A DNA stretch of 64,000 nucleotides from a virus, in the IMG/VR virus record IMGVR_UViG_3300025133_005699, positions 41,811 to 105,810 of that record; one strand, given 5' to 3'. Shown here piece by piece: positions 48,804 to 58,464 of the stretch. How positions within the stretch are numbered: the stretch's first letter is position 1; every line of letters begins with the position of its first letter. Under the pieces are notes generated by a model that was not told where the DNA came from, did not search any database, and saw nothing but the letters and a program-made list of their open reading frames with translations. The position numbers and the translations under genes were made by a program.

Positions 48804-49813
48804 CCCGGCGCCTCATAGTGTCCAATACTGAAACCTTCTTTAGTGCAATTTTGAACGGTGTCCATCATGCCAAACTGCTCTAAATTGTTACTTACATGCC
48901 TGCATATATTATCATTGGTTCCGGGCCAATCGTTTTTACAGAAATCGCAAAGCTTTGTACATTTCCAGTGCGCCTGTCTTCTAGATAGCATTTTTGGGTT
49001 AGTCGTTTTCTTGATTTCCTCAAATCTATCCTTCAGCATACCCAAGAACTTCTCTTTGTCTGAATCTTCAAAGCAAATACTAAATGGCCCACCGTCGCGT
49101 ATATAAAATATCGACATGATGGCATCCTTGTATTCAGGAAACTTTTTAGAAATAGCATAATAATAAAGCATTAACTGAGGGTCTTCGCATAGCTTTTCAT
49201 ATGTCTTCTCTTCTCCTGTGGCCCAGTTTAGCCTTCTTCCTGTTTTCCAGTCAATGACCTCAATGACACCATCATCAAGTTCCGTCACTAGGTCGATAGT
49301 ACCCTTAATAGCTAGCTGACCCTCTAGAGTTTCCCCATCTTCTGTTTCATATGAAAATTTTGCCCAGTCTTCCTCAATCGCGATATCGAAGTGAGGCTCT
49401 GATGCGATAATATTTCTATTTCGAGGATCGAAATTTCCGTCATCATATAGTAGGCCCTCCCAAGTTGTGTCTTCACAGAACTTATAGTCGGCATTTGTGT
49501 AGTGATGACTACAGTTCTCTGTGTAGTATTCATAACTTCTCTTGATAATCTCGTTCACAAACTTTTTTGTATTGAGTTTTCTTTTAGTGAACTCTATCTT
49601 TCCTAGACCATCATCATTTAATACCATCTCACTCTTGTCCTGCAAGATCTTTTTACACCCACCTAGCACCTCCATGACCTTGTGGACGATTGTTCCAAGC
49701 TGGGCTTTTTTACCAGAGACACTTTGATGACCTAAGACATAGGTTATAAAGTATTGCATCTGACAGTATTCAAAATTATTATAACTAGAACTACGTATAT
49801 ACGTTACTAACAT
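48800..49813 (-). CDS. Cas4/AddB-like PD-(D/E)XK exonuclease
   Basis: N-terminal Cys, GTIVH, GTIDLV, VIDWKTG, QLMLY, C-terminal CTKLCDFC..C. Likely start MLVTY. Confidence 0.8.
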   Translation of the reverse strand: MLVTYIRSSSYNNFEYCQMQYFITYVLGHQSVSGKKAQLGTIVHKVMEVLGGCKKILQDKSEMVLNDDGLGKIEFTKRKLNTKKFVNEIIKRSYEYYTENCSHHYTNADYKFCEDTTWEGLLYDDGNFDPRNRNIIASEPHFDIAIEEDWAKFSYETEDGETLEGQLAIKGTIDLVTELDDGVIEVIDWKTGRRLNWATGEEKTYEKLCEDPQLMLYYYAISKKFPEYKDAIMSIFYIRDGGPFSICFEDSDKEKFLGMLKDRFEEIKKTTNPKMLSRRQAHWKCTKLCDFCKNDWPGTNDNICRHVSNNLEQFGMMDTVQNCTKEGFSIGHYEAPG

Positions 49814-49814
49814 A

Positions 49815-50642
49815 TTATTCCTTAATCTTTTGGATGCCACCTAGAAGATTTGGGTCTTCTGTAGGGGGTGCAGGACTGGGTTCCTCGATAACGCTACCGA
49901 GCCATCCCCATTCTTCAAGTAGAGATATTACCTTCACATTCGTTTCCATTAAAGATAACTCCTTGTTGTCAATAATGGCGTCGTATTCAATGTCATCAAC
50001 AGAGGACTCGCTAGAATGACTGTCGCCATCTATACCGCGAGTTAATTTAATAACCTTGCCTCCAGCTTTTTGTATTGCTTTTGATTCGTTTGGGAATCTA
50101 CAGTCAGAGATTACAGCCATTAAAGAACCCTCTTCTCTAATACTTCTCATGGTTCTGTCTGTCCAAATGTCTGTGTAGATATACCGACAAATATCTGTAC
50201 CAAAGACCTGTAAAAATTCTCTGGCTGTCATTCTGCCGGTTTCGCTTCCGGTGTAGCCCGGCATGTCTTCCCACTTAATCCATGTGGGGCTATTTTTATC
50301 TGCATCTGTCCCGTAGCACTGTTTCTTTGTCAGTCCAAATAATCCACATGCAATCTCCTTAAGAGAAGAAGCAAACGAATAATGTTTTACAAATGGCCAC
50401 ATGTTGTGTGCGGCCCAAGGTGCAAATTCTGGGTCAGTTCTAGTTACGTCCAAAACGCCTTTACCTGTTTCTTCTACCCCAGAGCCGTCAGTATCAACGG
50501 TATCGACAACAATCCTTCCCTTAGTGTCTAGATCAAAACCCTTAATAATGTGATAAGACCGCATTTGATATCCGTGTAGAAAGGCACAGCACGAATTTTT
50601 ACCTGATTGCTTTTTTCCCGCAAAAGCCAAGATTCTTGTCAT
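49815..50642 (-). CDS. Deoxynucleoside monophosphate kinase
   Basis: AGKKQSGKN P-loop, SFASSLK, REFLQVFGTD, ISDCRFPNE, HSSE (T4 gp1-like). Confidence 0.8.
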   Translation of the reverse strand: MTRILAFAGKKQSGKNSCCAFLHGYQMRSYHIIKGFDLDTKGRIVVDTVDTDGSGVEETGKGVLDVTRTDPEFAPWAAHNMWPFVKHYSFASSLKEIACGLFGLTKKQCYGTDADKNSPTWIKWEDMPGYTGSETGRMTAREFLQVFGTDICRYIYTDIWTDRTMRSIREEGSLMAVISDCRFPNESKAIQKAGGKVIKLTRGIDGDSHSSESSVDDIEYDAIIDNKELSLMETNVKVISLLEEWGWLGSVIEEPSPAPPTEDPNLLGGIQKIKE

Positions 50643-51688
50643 TATAAAACTCCTTGTAGTTCTTCTAGTATTTCAGTTTTAATTTGTTCTACCGACATAT
50701 CACCAACGTCTTTTTCTGATATATTGGGCCTATAGTAGTTGAAGCGTCTTCCGCATTTTTTCATAATTTGCTCTGCTGCTCTATGTCCAGCATCATCGTA
50801 ATCTGTAAGTATAACTAAGCTAAGGGCACCGCTTTGTTCTAATAAAACCAGTTGATCATCACTGAGGCTAGCCCCAAAAATACCAACTGTATTTTCTACA
50901 CCTGCTTCGTGCATACGCCAAACGTCGCCTTGACCCTCAACCAAAACTGCCGTAGCTGTTTCAAGTATTTTTTCTTTTGCCATGTTTAGGCCATACAGAT
51001 ATGAGCTTTTTCTAAACCCCTTGCTGTGCAGCCATTTAGGCTGCATGTTCTCGTAACATGACCTACCTATGCATCCAATATAATTATAGCCTTCATCATA
51101 GATTGGGACAACAACTCTTCCTGACATTGGCTTATTTTTTTTGTCACAGAGGCCAATATCAAATTTAGTTAATATATCAGTAGTGTACCCTCTGTTAATA
51201 TAGTATTCAGCTGGTATTTGTATTGTGTCTAAAATAACTTCCCTATCTACTTTTGGGGGCTCTCTTTCTGGCTCCCTGTTGAAGATGTCCAAAAGCTTAA
51301 TAGCATTATTGCTCTCTACGTCTTGTAATAGGTCGAGTTCAGAGATGTCAAGATCTAAGAACTCTAAGCAAAAATTAATTGTATCAATAATACTAACCGT
51401 TGAGGCTCGCCTGTTGGACAGCACACCCCTAATGAAACCAAACAGGTTCCTAGAAAAGTCTTCTTCACAGTGGTTAGTCCAGCAGTTCCAGTTACCCTTG
51501 GCGGTATTTCCGTCCGTGAATATAGTACAAGCCTCTGCGTTGTCTCCCCCATGAATAGGGCACGCAAAAGCAAACCTATTAGGATACTCTATGTAGTCTA
51601 TATTGAAATACTTTAGAAGCTGTGACAGCTTAGTGAATAACTGGTTAGACAGTTTCAATATCTGCTGGTTGTTGATCTCCTGATTCAA
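50642..51688 (-). CDS. dnaG: DnaG-type primase
   Basis: CPIH...C..C Zn finger, RVVVPI, LYGL, TOPRIM EGQGD and DYDDAG, KDVGD. Confidence 0.85.
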   Translation of the reverse strand: MNQEINNQQILKLSNQLFTKLSQLLKYFNIDYIEYPNRFAFACPIHGGDNAEACTIFTDGNTAKGNWNCWTNHCEEDFSRNLFGFIRGVLSNRRASTVSIIDTINFCLEFLDLDISELDLLQDVESNNAIKLLDIFNREPEREPPKVDREVILDTIQIPAEYYINRGYTTDILTKFDIGLCDKKNKPMSGRVVVPIYDEGYNYIGCIGRSCYENMQPKWLHSKGFRKSSYLYGLNMAKEKILETATAVLVEGQGDVWRMHEAGVENTVGIFGASLSDDQLVLLEQSGALSLVILTDYDDAGHRAAEQIMKKCGRRFNYYRPNISEKDVGDMSVEQIKTEILEELQGVL

Positions 51689-53120
51689 AACCTGTATCCT
51701 TAATAGTTGACTTAGTTCTCAATTCATTGCGAGTTTGACCCTCTACTAATTTGCCAAACTTCCCAAACATATTCATATTTATATAGTCGCCATCATCTAA
51801 TCCTGCTCCGTGACGAGCAACAATAGGTACCAGCTTCCTGTTTCCATTTTCGTCTGTGTCGTCGGCTATCTCCTCGTCGGACTTTAGCTTGAAGATGCTA
51901 AAGCTCGTACAGAGCCAAATAAGCCTATCGGAACCTGAAACGACATCTGTTGATTCTTTTGTTATGCCGTCTCTGTTTAATTGTACAAAGCTAAGGCATG
52001 GCACGTCGTACTTAACGCAGAAGTTATGCAGCTGTGTGATTTGAAACCCTAGAACTTGAAATTCTTGCATAGAGTTTGATATACTAGATGAGTTCATTAG
52101 CTTAAGATAGTCATAAACAATTAGGCAGTCTTTGGTTCTTCCGTTTTCATCAAACCCAACTTCCTGATAAATCCATTTGCGCATAATACTAAGAATGTTC
52201 TCAAACGGCTGACCCGCAATACTAACATAATGAAAAGGTATTTCTCCCAATTCGGTAGCTGCGTTTTCTACCTTTTCGGTATTTAGTTGGTTACTGTCGA
52301 ACTTGCCGCTAGCAATAGTGTTGATTTCAACTCCACTCAGGTTCGCTAGCATTCGATTGAGATGGTCTTCTTTGGACATTTCGGTATCTAGAACTAATAC
52401 TGGGATTCCTAAGTTTTTAGAAACATGCATAGCAACAGCGTCACCAAACATAGATTTACCAACCTTAGGTCTAGCGGCAACTAAGTCTACACACTTTCTT
52501 CTTAGCCCTCCGCCGATAGCTTCGTCATAAGCAGGGAACCCTGTGCTTATGCCAATCATGTCGTTTTTGTTTTCTTTTAGAAACTCTATATAGTCTGTTA
52601 TTTCCCCGCCGATTACCTCAGGCTTATTGTCGGAACCTTGATATATTTTAGACGTTGCGTCAAGAACAGGAGTTTCTATGAGAGAGATGATATCATTTAT
52701 ATCCTCGTCTCCTGTGACCTCATCAATTTTATTAGAACAAATAGCCAGTGTCTTCTTGACTTCTCTTGCTATTCCTAGCTTCGCCAGCTTACCTGCGTGT
52801 ATTGAAACATTTTCTTCGTGTATTGGAAAGTTAAACAGAGAACGTAAAAAACCAATCTCCTCTTGGTTGTTTATATTTTCATAACACCCAAGCTGATTGG
52901 CAGCAGAAAGCAAGGAAGATAATTCTACCTTGTTGGATTTCTCTAAGACCTTTTTAATGCACCCAAAAATAATTTGGTTGGTGGGGTCTGTGAAGTGTTC
53001 GGACTCCAGATAGTCTGAATCAAGCGAAACGCTTAGTCCATATTGACACAATCCGGAGAGAACCGCCCTCTCTGCTGCTAGGTCTTCTAGCTTCCGCTTG
53101 TTTTTTTGATTTCGTACCAT
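51645..53120 (-). CDS. dnaB: Replicative DnaB-type helicase
   Basis: AERAVL N-domain, GISTGF, ARPKVGKS Walker A, TEM, DYL, QLNR, ARHG. Confidence 0.9.
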   Translation of the reverse strand: MVRNQKNKRKLEDLAAERAVLSGLCQYGLSVSLDSDYLESEHFTDPTNQIIFGCIKKVLEKSNKVELSSLLSAANQLGCYENINNQEEIGFLRSLFNFPIHEENVSIHAGKLAKLGIAREVKKTLAICSNKIDEVTGDEDINDIISLIETPVLDATSKIYQGSDNKPEVIGGEITDYIEFLKENKNDMIGISTGFPAYDEAIGGGLRRKCVDLVAARPKVGKSMFGDAVAMHVSKNLGIPVLVLDTEMSKEDHLNRMLANLSGVEINTIASGKFDSNQLNTEKVENAATELGEIPFHYVSIAGQPFENILSIMRKWIYQEVGFDENGRTKDCLIVYDYLKLMNSSSISNSMQEFQVLGFQITQLHNFCVKYDVPCLSFVQLNRDGITKESTDVVSGSDRLIWLCTSFSIFKLKSDEEIADDTDENGNRKLVPIVARHGAGLDDGDYINMNMFGKFGKLVEGQTRNELRTKSTIKDTGFESGDQQPADIETV

Positions 53121-53248
53121 AAGAGTCCACTATTGGCTAACGCATAAGAAAACCACATTAGGGCATGCGGGTAATCTTTTTGCTTGACGCATGAAGCGCA
53201 AGTTAATAAATAAAGTAATATCGTAATCCCTACGGCGGTAATGGCCAT
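53087..53248 (-). CDS. Small membrane protein (53 aa, not in ORF track)
   Basis: Hand translation: MAITAVGITILLYLLTCASCVKQKDYPHALMWFSYALANSGLLWYEIKKTSGS. Two hydrophobic segments. Confidence 0.6.
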   Translation of the reverse strand: MAITAVGITILLYLLTCASCVKQKDYPHALMWFSYALANSGLLWYEIKKTSGS

Positions 53249-53252
53249 TCTA

Positions 53253-53348
53253 TTATATCCCGTGATAAATGTAGATCCCCATACATATGCTAATTCCTAG
53301 CAATAATCCCAATAAAAAATCCTTAATTTCAACATTTAATTTCTTCAT
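53253..53348 (-). CDS. Small single-TM peptide (31 aa, not in ORF track)
   Basis: Hand translation: MKKLNVEIKDFLLGLLLGISICMGIYIYHGI. ATGA overlap with the upstream stop. Confidence 0.5.
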   Translation of the reverse strand: MKKLNVEIKDFLLGLLLGISICMGIYIYHGI

Positions 53349-53611
53349 TCTTCAGTCTCCTTTTTGTGTTTCTGGTATAAAAAATTATCATTAAAATACT
53401 CATTAGACAAAAGTTCAATAAGTTTATCCCTTAGGTCTTTATCTTCTACAAAAGATAGAACCTTAGATGCTATGTCTAAAGCGCCCTGCCTAAACACAGG
53501 AATCTTGAGTGGTGGTTCAGGTCGGCGCTTAGTATAGTCTCTATGGTAAAAGGTTGGCGGCGGAACATGTCGGCCATTTATATCGGACGTTTTGGGTTTT
53601 GGTTTTGACAA
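53345..53611 (-). CDS. Hypothetical protein (88 aa)
   Basis: TTG start with AGGGG SD. Fills the gap in the operon. Confidence 0.5.
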   Translation of the reverse strand: MSKPKPKTSDINGRHVPPPTFYHRDYTKRRPEPPLKIPVFRQGALDIASKVLSFVEDKDLRDKLIELLSNEYFNDNFLYQKHKKETEE

Positions 53612-53620
53612 TATATACCC

Positions 53621-53896
53621 CTAAAAGAATCCCTTGATTATTTCTAGAACTCCGCCACCTCCGCCAAAACCACCCTTTGAAATCACAAAATAGGCCACAA
53701 GACCCAAGCCAATCATAAACACTAACCACTTACGCTTTTTTGCGACGGCAGTAGCTTTGGCTGTGAGCGCTTTGATTTTGTCCAGCTTATACCCCCTTCT
53801 GGAATCAACCTTTTCTTCACGTTCATCTTTTCTATCTTCTTTTTTATCTTCGCGAGTATTGCTATTATCCTCGCCTCGATTTCTACCAATCGGCAT
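53621..53896 (-). CDS. Small membrane protein (91 aa)
   Basis: SD AGGAGG. Charged N-terminus, TM helix WLVFMIGLGLVAYFVI, Gly run. Confidence 0.65.
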   Translation of the reverse strand: MPIGRNRGEDNSNTREDKKEDRKDEREEKVDSRRGYKLDKIKALTAKATAVAKKRKWLVFMIGLGLVAYFVISKGGFGGGGGVLEIIKGFF

Positions 53897-53917
53897 AATA
53901 CTGCCTCCTATTTAAAA

Positions 53918-54358
53918 TTATCTTCTTTTGTTTGATAAGCACTCATCACAGACAAAGAAATCTCTCCTGTGAACATCTGCTACTTCTATAGTTTTTTTAC
54001 ACTCAACGCATTTCTGTTTGATTTTTTGGGTTTTGTCTCTTCTTGGCGAAGGGGTAAAGGCGGGAGTCTCAATGTCCATATGTTCTGACTTGTCGTCAGT
54101 AAAAAGGTTATCTCCACGATCAACCTTATTAATTGGCATTGGGCCTTCCTTTGCTTGTCGGCCAATCATTGAGAAGTCATCAGCACCAACCCTCTCAGGC
54201 GGAGCGGGTTGCTCAACAACCTGTGTAATGTCAGATTGAACAGCTGTTTCAGCCGCCGTGTCCGCCTCTATGAGAGAGTTAGCCATTTCTATTAGCTCTG
54301 AATCATTAAGAGCTATACCTTTTCTAAGTAATTCTTTTGCTGTATTAAGAATAGACAT
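53918..54358 (-). CDS. Hypothetical protein with C-terminal Zn ribbon
   Basis: CVEC...CDEC. SD AGGAG upstream. Confidence 0.6.
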   Translation of the reverse strand: MSILNTAKELLRKGIALNDSELIEMANSLIEADTAAETAVQSDITQVVEQPAPPERVGADDFSMIGRQAKEGPMPINKVDRGDNLFTDDKSEHMDIETPAFTPSPRRDKTQKIKQKCVECKKTIEVADVHRRDFFVCDECLSNKRR

Positions 54359-54825
54359 TAATAATTTCTCCTTCTTCCTAAGTCTTGCAGGACTGAAGCC
54401 ATCTTTTTGACTATATCAATCTTTCCTGAAATTCTTGTTATTCTAGATTCTGCTGAGGTCTTTAGTCTGTTTAGCTCTGAAGCTAGTGGGTTTTCTTTTA
54501 TTGCGGAAAAATATCGGACTTCCCATTTTGCGTACTGTCCGCCATAGTTCTCCATTTTATCTGCGACTATGTACCAAATGCTGTTATTGCAAAAGTCTAA
54601 TACTGACTTCTCTTTATTATATAGTGACTGGAGGTATTCTGCATGCGCAAAAAGTATAAAACTGTTGGATAAAGCCAAAGTAATATCCATATTATTGATA
54701 TCATCGGAATTTAAGTTTAATATACTTTCTACATCCTCGTTCTTCTTAACAAGGTCTGCATTTCTATCTTCTACCCAGTCGTCTACCTTCTGTAGAAATT
54801 CAATAGCTTTTTGTTCGTTAGTCAA
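54358..54825 (-). CDS. Helical coiled-coil protein, possibly a UvsY-like recombination mediator
   Basis: 155-aa all-helical-looking protein two genes downstream of recA. Function inferred from context only. Confidence 0.35.
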   Translation of the reverse strand: MTNEQKAIEFLQKVDDWVEDRNADLVKKNEDVESILNLNSDDINNMDITLALSNSFILFAHAEYLQSLYNKEKSVLDFCNNSIWYIVADKMENYGGQYAKWEVRYFSAIKENPLASELNRLKTSAESRITRISGKIDIVKKMASVLQDLGRRRNY

Positions 54826-55231
54826 ACTTCACTCTCCACTCAGGCTCTTTCTCATTATAATTTAGTTCAATCAAATTCATGTTATTCAATTCACACCAAG
54901 CCGCTTTGTCTGTATCTCTAGCTTTTGCCTTAAAAAATGCCATCTTGTCTTTATAAAAAAAGGAGTTAAACTTAAAGTGCTGCTCTCCATGAACCTCAAC
55001 AATTAAACTTCTGTTTGGTATGTAAAAATCAGCATGTAGTAGTGTTCTTCTGGAGCCCGTCTTGGTTCCGGGAAGTGTTAGCTCTTCTAGCACCCTATCA
55101 AACGGAAACAAGTCCTTTAGGAGTGCTCTTGCCTTAATGTGTAATTTTGATCTATTTTTATCTGCAACAGAGGACTGTCTTCTAGATGGGTTCCATTTGT
55201 GTTCTTTCCCGTCTAGACCTAGAATAATCAT
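54818..55231 (-). CDS. Vsr/DUF559-like endonuclease
   Basis: ADFYIP...IVEVHGEQH...RD..K...C motif. Confidence 0.65.
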   Translation of the reverse strand: MIILGLDGKEHKWNPSRRQSSVADKNRSKLHIKARALLKDLFPFDRVLEELTLPGTKTGSRRTLLHADFYIPNRSLIVEVHGEQHFKFNSFFYKDKMAFFKAKARDTDKAAWCELNNMNLIELNYNEKEPEWRVKFD

Positions 55232-56292
55232 AGCATTGCCTTAATCTCTTCTTCTAGTATACCAAACACTTTCTCATTTGCAAGTAAAAAATTGTATAAT
55301 CTTTCCTGTCCCTGAAACTTAACAGCCTTTAAAACCTCTTCGATATTTTCAGTGTCTATTTCGGGTTTTATTTCTTTAACTACTTCTGCGTGTTCTGCCA
55401 TAAACTCACACGTTAGCCAAGCTCCGGCCTTGCCAATGAGTCCAATGTCTAGCCCGAGCATAACAAGCTCTTGAACCTTATCTATCCCGTGACCATACTT
55501 AATCCAGCTTTGACATTCGGTTCCCGGCGACCCAATAGACGAACAGATAACCTTCCAGTTGACAGCCTGACCAACCTGCTTATCGCTTTGAGTCCATGGG
55601 GTTATTGATTTTACTTCCATTCTAGTGTCTGCTTGGTACTGAATTTTTTTACCGCAGTCAGGCATACGAGAAGCCCCATATCCAGACGTGTTTGCGATGA
55701 AGTGCGTTATGATAATCATGGTCGCTCGCTGATTGGGAACAATCTGTCCCATTTTTTTGCAGAACATGGATAGTATTCTGGGCAGCCCTGCTCTTCCCGG
55801 AGACATATCTCCATCTAATTCTTTTTCCGGTATTAGGGCAGATGTGGAATCTATAATACAGACACAGCCCTCGTTTTCTTTTGCGCTCACGAGCTTGACT
55901 GCAATATCTAGAAAGGCTTCTGCGCTTAATGGTTCATCTTCCGAGTGGATGATTTTCATTTTATCTCTATCGAGACCATCGACACCAAGAAGGTTCATTT
56001 CTTTTAGTCGCCCCTCTGCGTCTAAATATATAATTGGACGACCTTCCTTTTGGCAGTTTGCCGCTATCTGTAATGCTGTGGTTGTCTTTCCGCACTTAGG
56101 GTCTCCCGTAAGTATAACCCACGAACCCTCTTTGATTCCTCCACCCAGAGAGAGGTCAACTGAGGGACTAACCTTAATTATCTTATAGTCTTTTCTTCTT
56201 TCGAGAACTTGCGCTCCAGTAGAGATAACATTCCCATACTTTTTGACTATCTCTTTAATAAAGGCTGGGTCGTTATTCTTGGTTCTTGCCAT
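55228..56292 (-). CDS. recA: RecA/UvsX recombinase
   Basis: DLSLGGGI, GDPKCGKTT, YLDAEG, IIDS, HGIDK, KAGAW motifs. Confidence 0.85.
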   Translation of the reverse strand: MARTKNNDPAFIKEIVKKYGNVISTGAQVLERRKDYKIIKVSPSVDLSLGGGIKEGSWVILTGDPKCGKTTTALQIAANCQKEGRPIIYLDAEGRLKEMNLLGVDGLDRDKMKIIHSEDEPLSAEAFLDIAVKLVSAKENEGCVCIIDSTSALIPEKELDGDMSPGRAGLPRILSMFCKKMGQIVPNQRATMIIITHFIANTSGYGASRMPDCGKKIQYQADTRMEVKSITPWTQSDKQVGQAVNWKVICSSIGSPGTECQSWIKYGHGIDKVQELVMLGLDIGLIGKAGAWLTCEFMAEHAEVVKEIKPEIDTENIEEVLKAVKFQGQERLYNFLLANEKVFGILEEEIKAML

Positions 56293-56722
56293 CGGTGTTC
56301 CTCAATTTTGAAAAAAGTGTTTTCTTGCCAAATGTTTTTCTTGGCTGAGACTCTATATTATCTCTAGATACTTCTGTTACTTCAATTTTTTGTTTGGGTT
56401 GTCGGTCTAGAACTGACTTATGTTTTTCTACCGCTTCTCTTACCCATTTAGGAGATGCCGAGTACACTCGCTTATTTGTATTGATAATATAATCAAATAC
56501 TGCTGACTCCCCAAACTTTCCTATTAGGGTGCTAACGGCCTGTACTTGTCTGGTATAGTTTTTCTTTTGGGTCTTATTCCAGAACTTGTAAGCCAAAGAG
56601 CCCTTATTGTCGGCCTCTGCTTTTCTCTGGATGAGTATCTCTGCTATGTATTGAGCGACCGTGCAATACTCACCCGTTGAGGGTGACTTGAACCTGCTCG
56701 CTTTGCTTCTTTGTCTCGCCAT
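56273..56722 (-). CDS. Hypothetical protein (149 aa, basic)
   Basis: ORF coupled by overlaps within the operon. Confidence 0.6.
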   Translation of the reverse strand: MARQRSKASRFKSPSTGEYCTVAQYIAEILIQRKAEADNKGSLAYKFWNKTQKKNYTRQVQAVSTLIGKFGESAVFDYIINTNKRVYSASPKWVREAVEKHKSVLDRQPKQKIEVTEVSRDNIESQPRKTFGKKTLFSKLRNTDGKNQE

Positions 56723-57179
56723 CTCGCCATATCATAAAAGAAAGGTTTTCTTGGGTAGCTTTTCTTTTTTGTGAAAAGTTTTCAAACTCACATTCAGGCC
56801 AGCTATATTTTTTAACGTCAACTCGTTCTAGGCTGTCTTCTAATAATCCGAATGTCATATGTTGATATGATGGGCCATCCCCAGTAACCATGTCTATATC
56901 CTTAGAAAACCCTCTAGCAATAAAGAATCCATCTAAACCATTCTCATCTTCAAACACAACCTCTTCAGGCGCACCCATAACAATTACCTGAGCTTTTGCT
57001 ACGCACCGCCCATTCTCTTTGCAGAACTCTTGAAGTCTAACCCATGGACTTTCGGGAACTCCGGGACGCTCATAGTCGCCCCATACAATAGTTCCGTCAT
57101 CTAGGGTGCACTTCCAAGTCATGGAAATATCTTCCATTATGAGTTTACGTATATGTTCGTCTCTAATCGTGCAAATCAT
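56670..57179 (-). CDS. Hypothetical protein
   Basis: Likely start MICTIRD (57179), SD AAGGA upstream. Confidence 0.6.
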   Translation of the reverse strand: MICTIRDEHIRKLIMEDISMTWKCTLDDGTIVWGDYERPGVPESPWVRLQEFCKENGRCVAKAQVIVMGAPEEVVFEDENGLDGFFIARGFSKDIDMVTGDGPSYQHMTFGLLEDSLERVDVKKYSWPECEFENFSQKRKATQENLSFMIWRDGETKKQSEQVQVTLNG

Positions 57180-57180
57180 A

Positions 57181-57507
57181 TTATTTATCCTTAATTCTAT
57201 GAATTGCCCCTCTATGTCGTCGGGCAACATTTACTTCTTCTGATTTATCTTCTTCTAGCTTGGTAGCTTTGGACTCATCTCCAAGCATGGAAGCTTGCTC
57301 TGTCATTGTAACGGCGCCATACTTCTCATTTCTACCCATTAGCTCGCCCGCCTTTGGCAACTCAGGAACATCTTCCTGTTTAGACAGCTCTTTGCTGACA
57401 ACGTTTTCTGACCTACCTAGCGCCTCCGCAATTGCTGCAACGCTATCATCGCTGTGTTCGGCAATATAAGTCTGCTCTTTTTTTGAAAGTCTGCCTTTTT
57501 TAGTCAT
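57181..57507 (-). CDS. HTH-containing protein
   Basis: SVAAIAEALGRSENVVSKEL HTH. Confidence 0.6.
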   Translation of the reverse strand: MTKKGRLSKKEQTYIAEHSDDSVAAIAEALGRSENVVSKELSKQEDVPELPKAGELMGRNEKYGAVTMTEQASMLGDESKATKLEEDKSEEVNVARRHRGAIHRIKDK

Positions 57508-57843
57508 TTAATTAATCTCCATTAATGCTCTTCTTGCTCTTGTCAAAAAGATTCTTTCAGAATTTGTAATATATTGCATATAATAATTATATACATCCTC
57601 ATTTACTTTTTTAAAGTCGAAGTACGGTCTGCTGTGTTTACCTCTATCTGTACCCAGTGGGTCTAGAAGATCTCCTCGACCATACTTAATATAGTAAGTC
57701 ATGAAGCCTCCATTATCAACAACCTTAACGAAAGCGTCGTTTTCTTTGGATTCTTCACCACCCACACCAAAAAATGTATAAACTTTTTTCTCTGGGTCTG
57801 GTAAATTTAGACTCTCTAGGTTCTCGTTTTCCCATCTAGCCAT
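57508..57843 (-). CDS. Hypothetical protein (111 aa)
   Basis: Coupled ORF with an LLDPLG...FKKVN..Y..Y..Y motif. Confidence 0.6.
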   Translation of the reverse strand: MARWENENLESLNLPDPEKKVYTFFGVGGEESKENDAFVKVVDNGGFMTYYIKYGRGDLLDPLGTDRGKHSRPYFDFKKVNEDVYNYYMQYITNSERIFLTRARRALMEIN

Positions 57844-58060
57844 TGAATTTCTCCAATCTCTTTTTAATGTTATCTATGCATGATGCCCTATCAACCCCAT
57901 CAACTTTAATGGCGGCCTTTGGGGCGATTCCATATTTGTTTAGCTCTTCTGTGGAAACAGGAATGGGGTCTAAGCTACCGTCTTTCAGTACTTTGTGAAC
58001 GACAATAGTAAAATCAATAATTGCCGCATGTGGAATATCAGCTCGGTTAGTTTCACTCAT
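57836..58060 (-). CDS. Hypothetical protein (74 aa)
   Basis: TAATG-coupled ORF. Confidence 0.55.
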   Translation of the reverse strand: MSETNRADIPHAAIIDFTIVVHKVLKDGSLDPIPVSTEELNKYGIAPKAAIKVDGVDRASCIDNIKKRLEKFNG

Positions 58061-58401
58061 TAGTCACCATTCTCTATATAGTTACGTTTTTGTTGGGGTG
58101 TCATTTTATTTATTTTGTTTCTAATCGCATTAGCCTCTTTGTTCTTTTTATGTACGTCCATATTGTCGGCTTTGCGACGATCTTGGAGTTCGTAGTGCCC
58201 CATTTTTTGGGTATTTCTGTCGGCGAGATGCCTAACTGTTGTGGGTTCACCTTTAATAAAACTAAGGGGAGCCTGTAGAATAACCCTACGATATGTGTTA
58301 GATCCACATTCTGGGCATGTATTAATCTCTTTTTCAGAGAACTTTTGAAAGATTTCTTCTAGATGTCCACACTCGGAACACTCATAATCATAGGTAGGCA
58401 T
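58060..58401 (-). CDS. FmdB-family Zn-ribbon regulatory protein
   Basis: MPTYDYECSECGH..E..Q......CPECG signature. Confidence 0.85.
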   Translation of the reverse strand: MPTYDYECSECGHLEEIFQKFSEKEINTCPECGSNTYRRVILQAPLSFIKGEPTTVRHLADRNTQKMGHYELQDRRKADNMDVHKKNKEANAIRNKINKMTPQQKRNYIENGD

Positions 58402-58433
58402 ATTCACTCCGCAACAAAAGGTATGTCTATGAT

Positions 58434-58462
58434 ATTATAGACTTGGCCCTCCGTTTCGGCAA
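58434..58462 (-). promoter_or_regulatory. Sigma70-type promoter TTGCCG-N17-TATAAT
   Basis: Minus-strand -35 at 58462-58457 and -10 at 58439-58434, exact 17-nt spacer, in the intergenic gap upstream of the FmdB-like gene. Confidence 0.65.
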
Positions 58463-58464
58463 GA

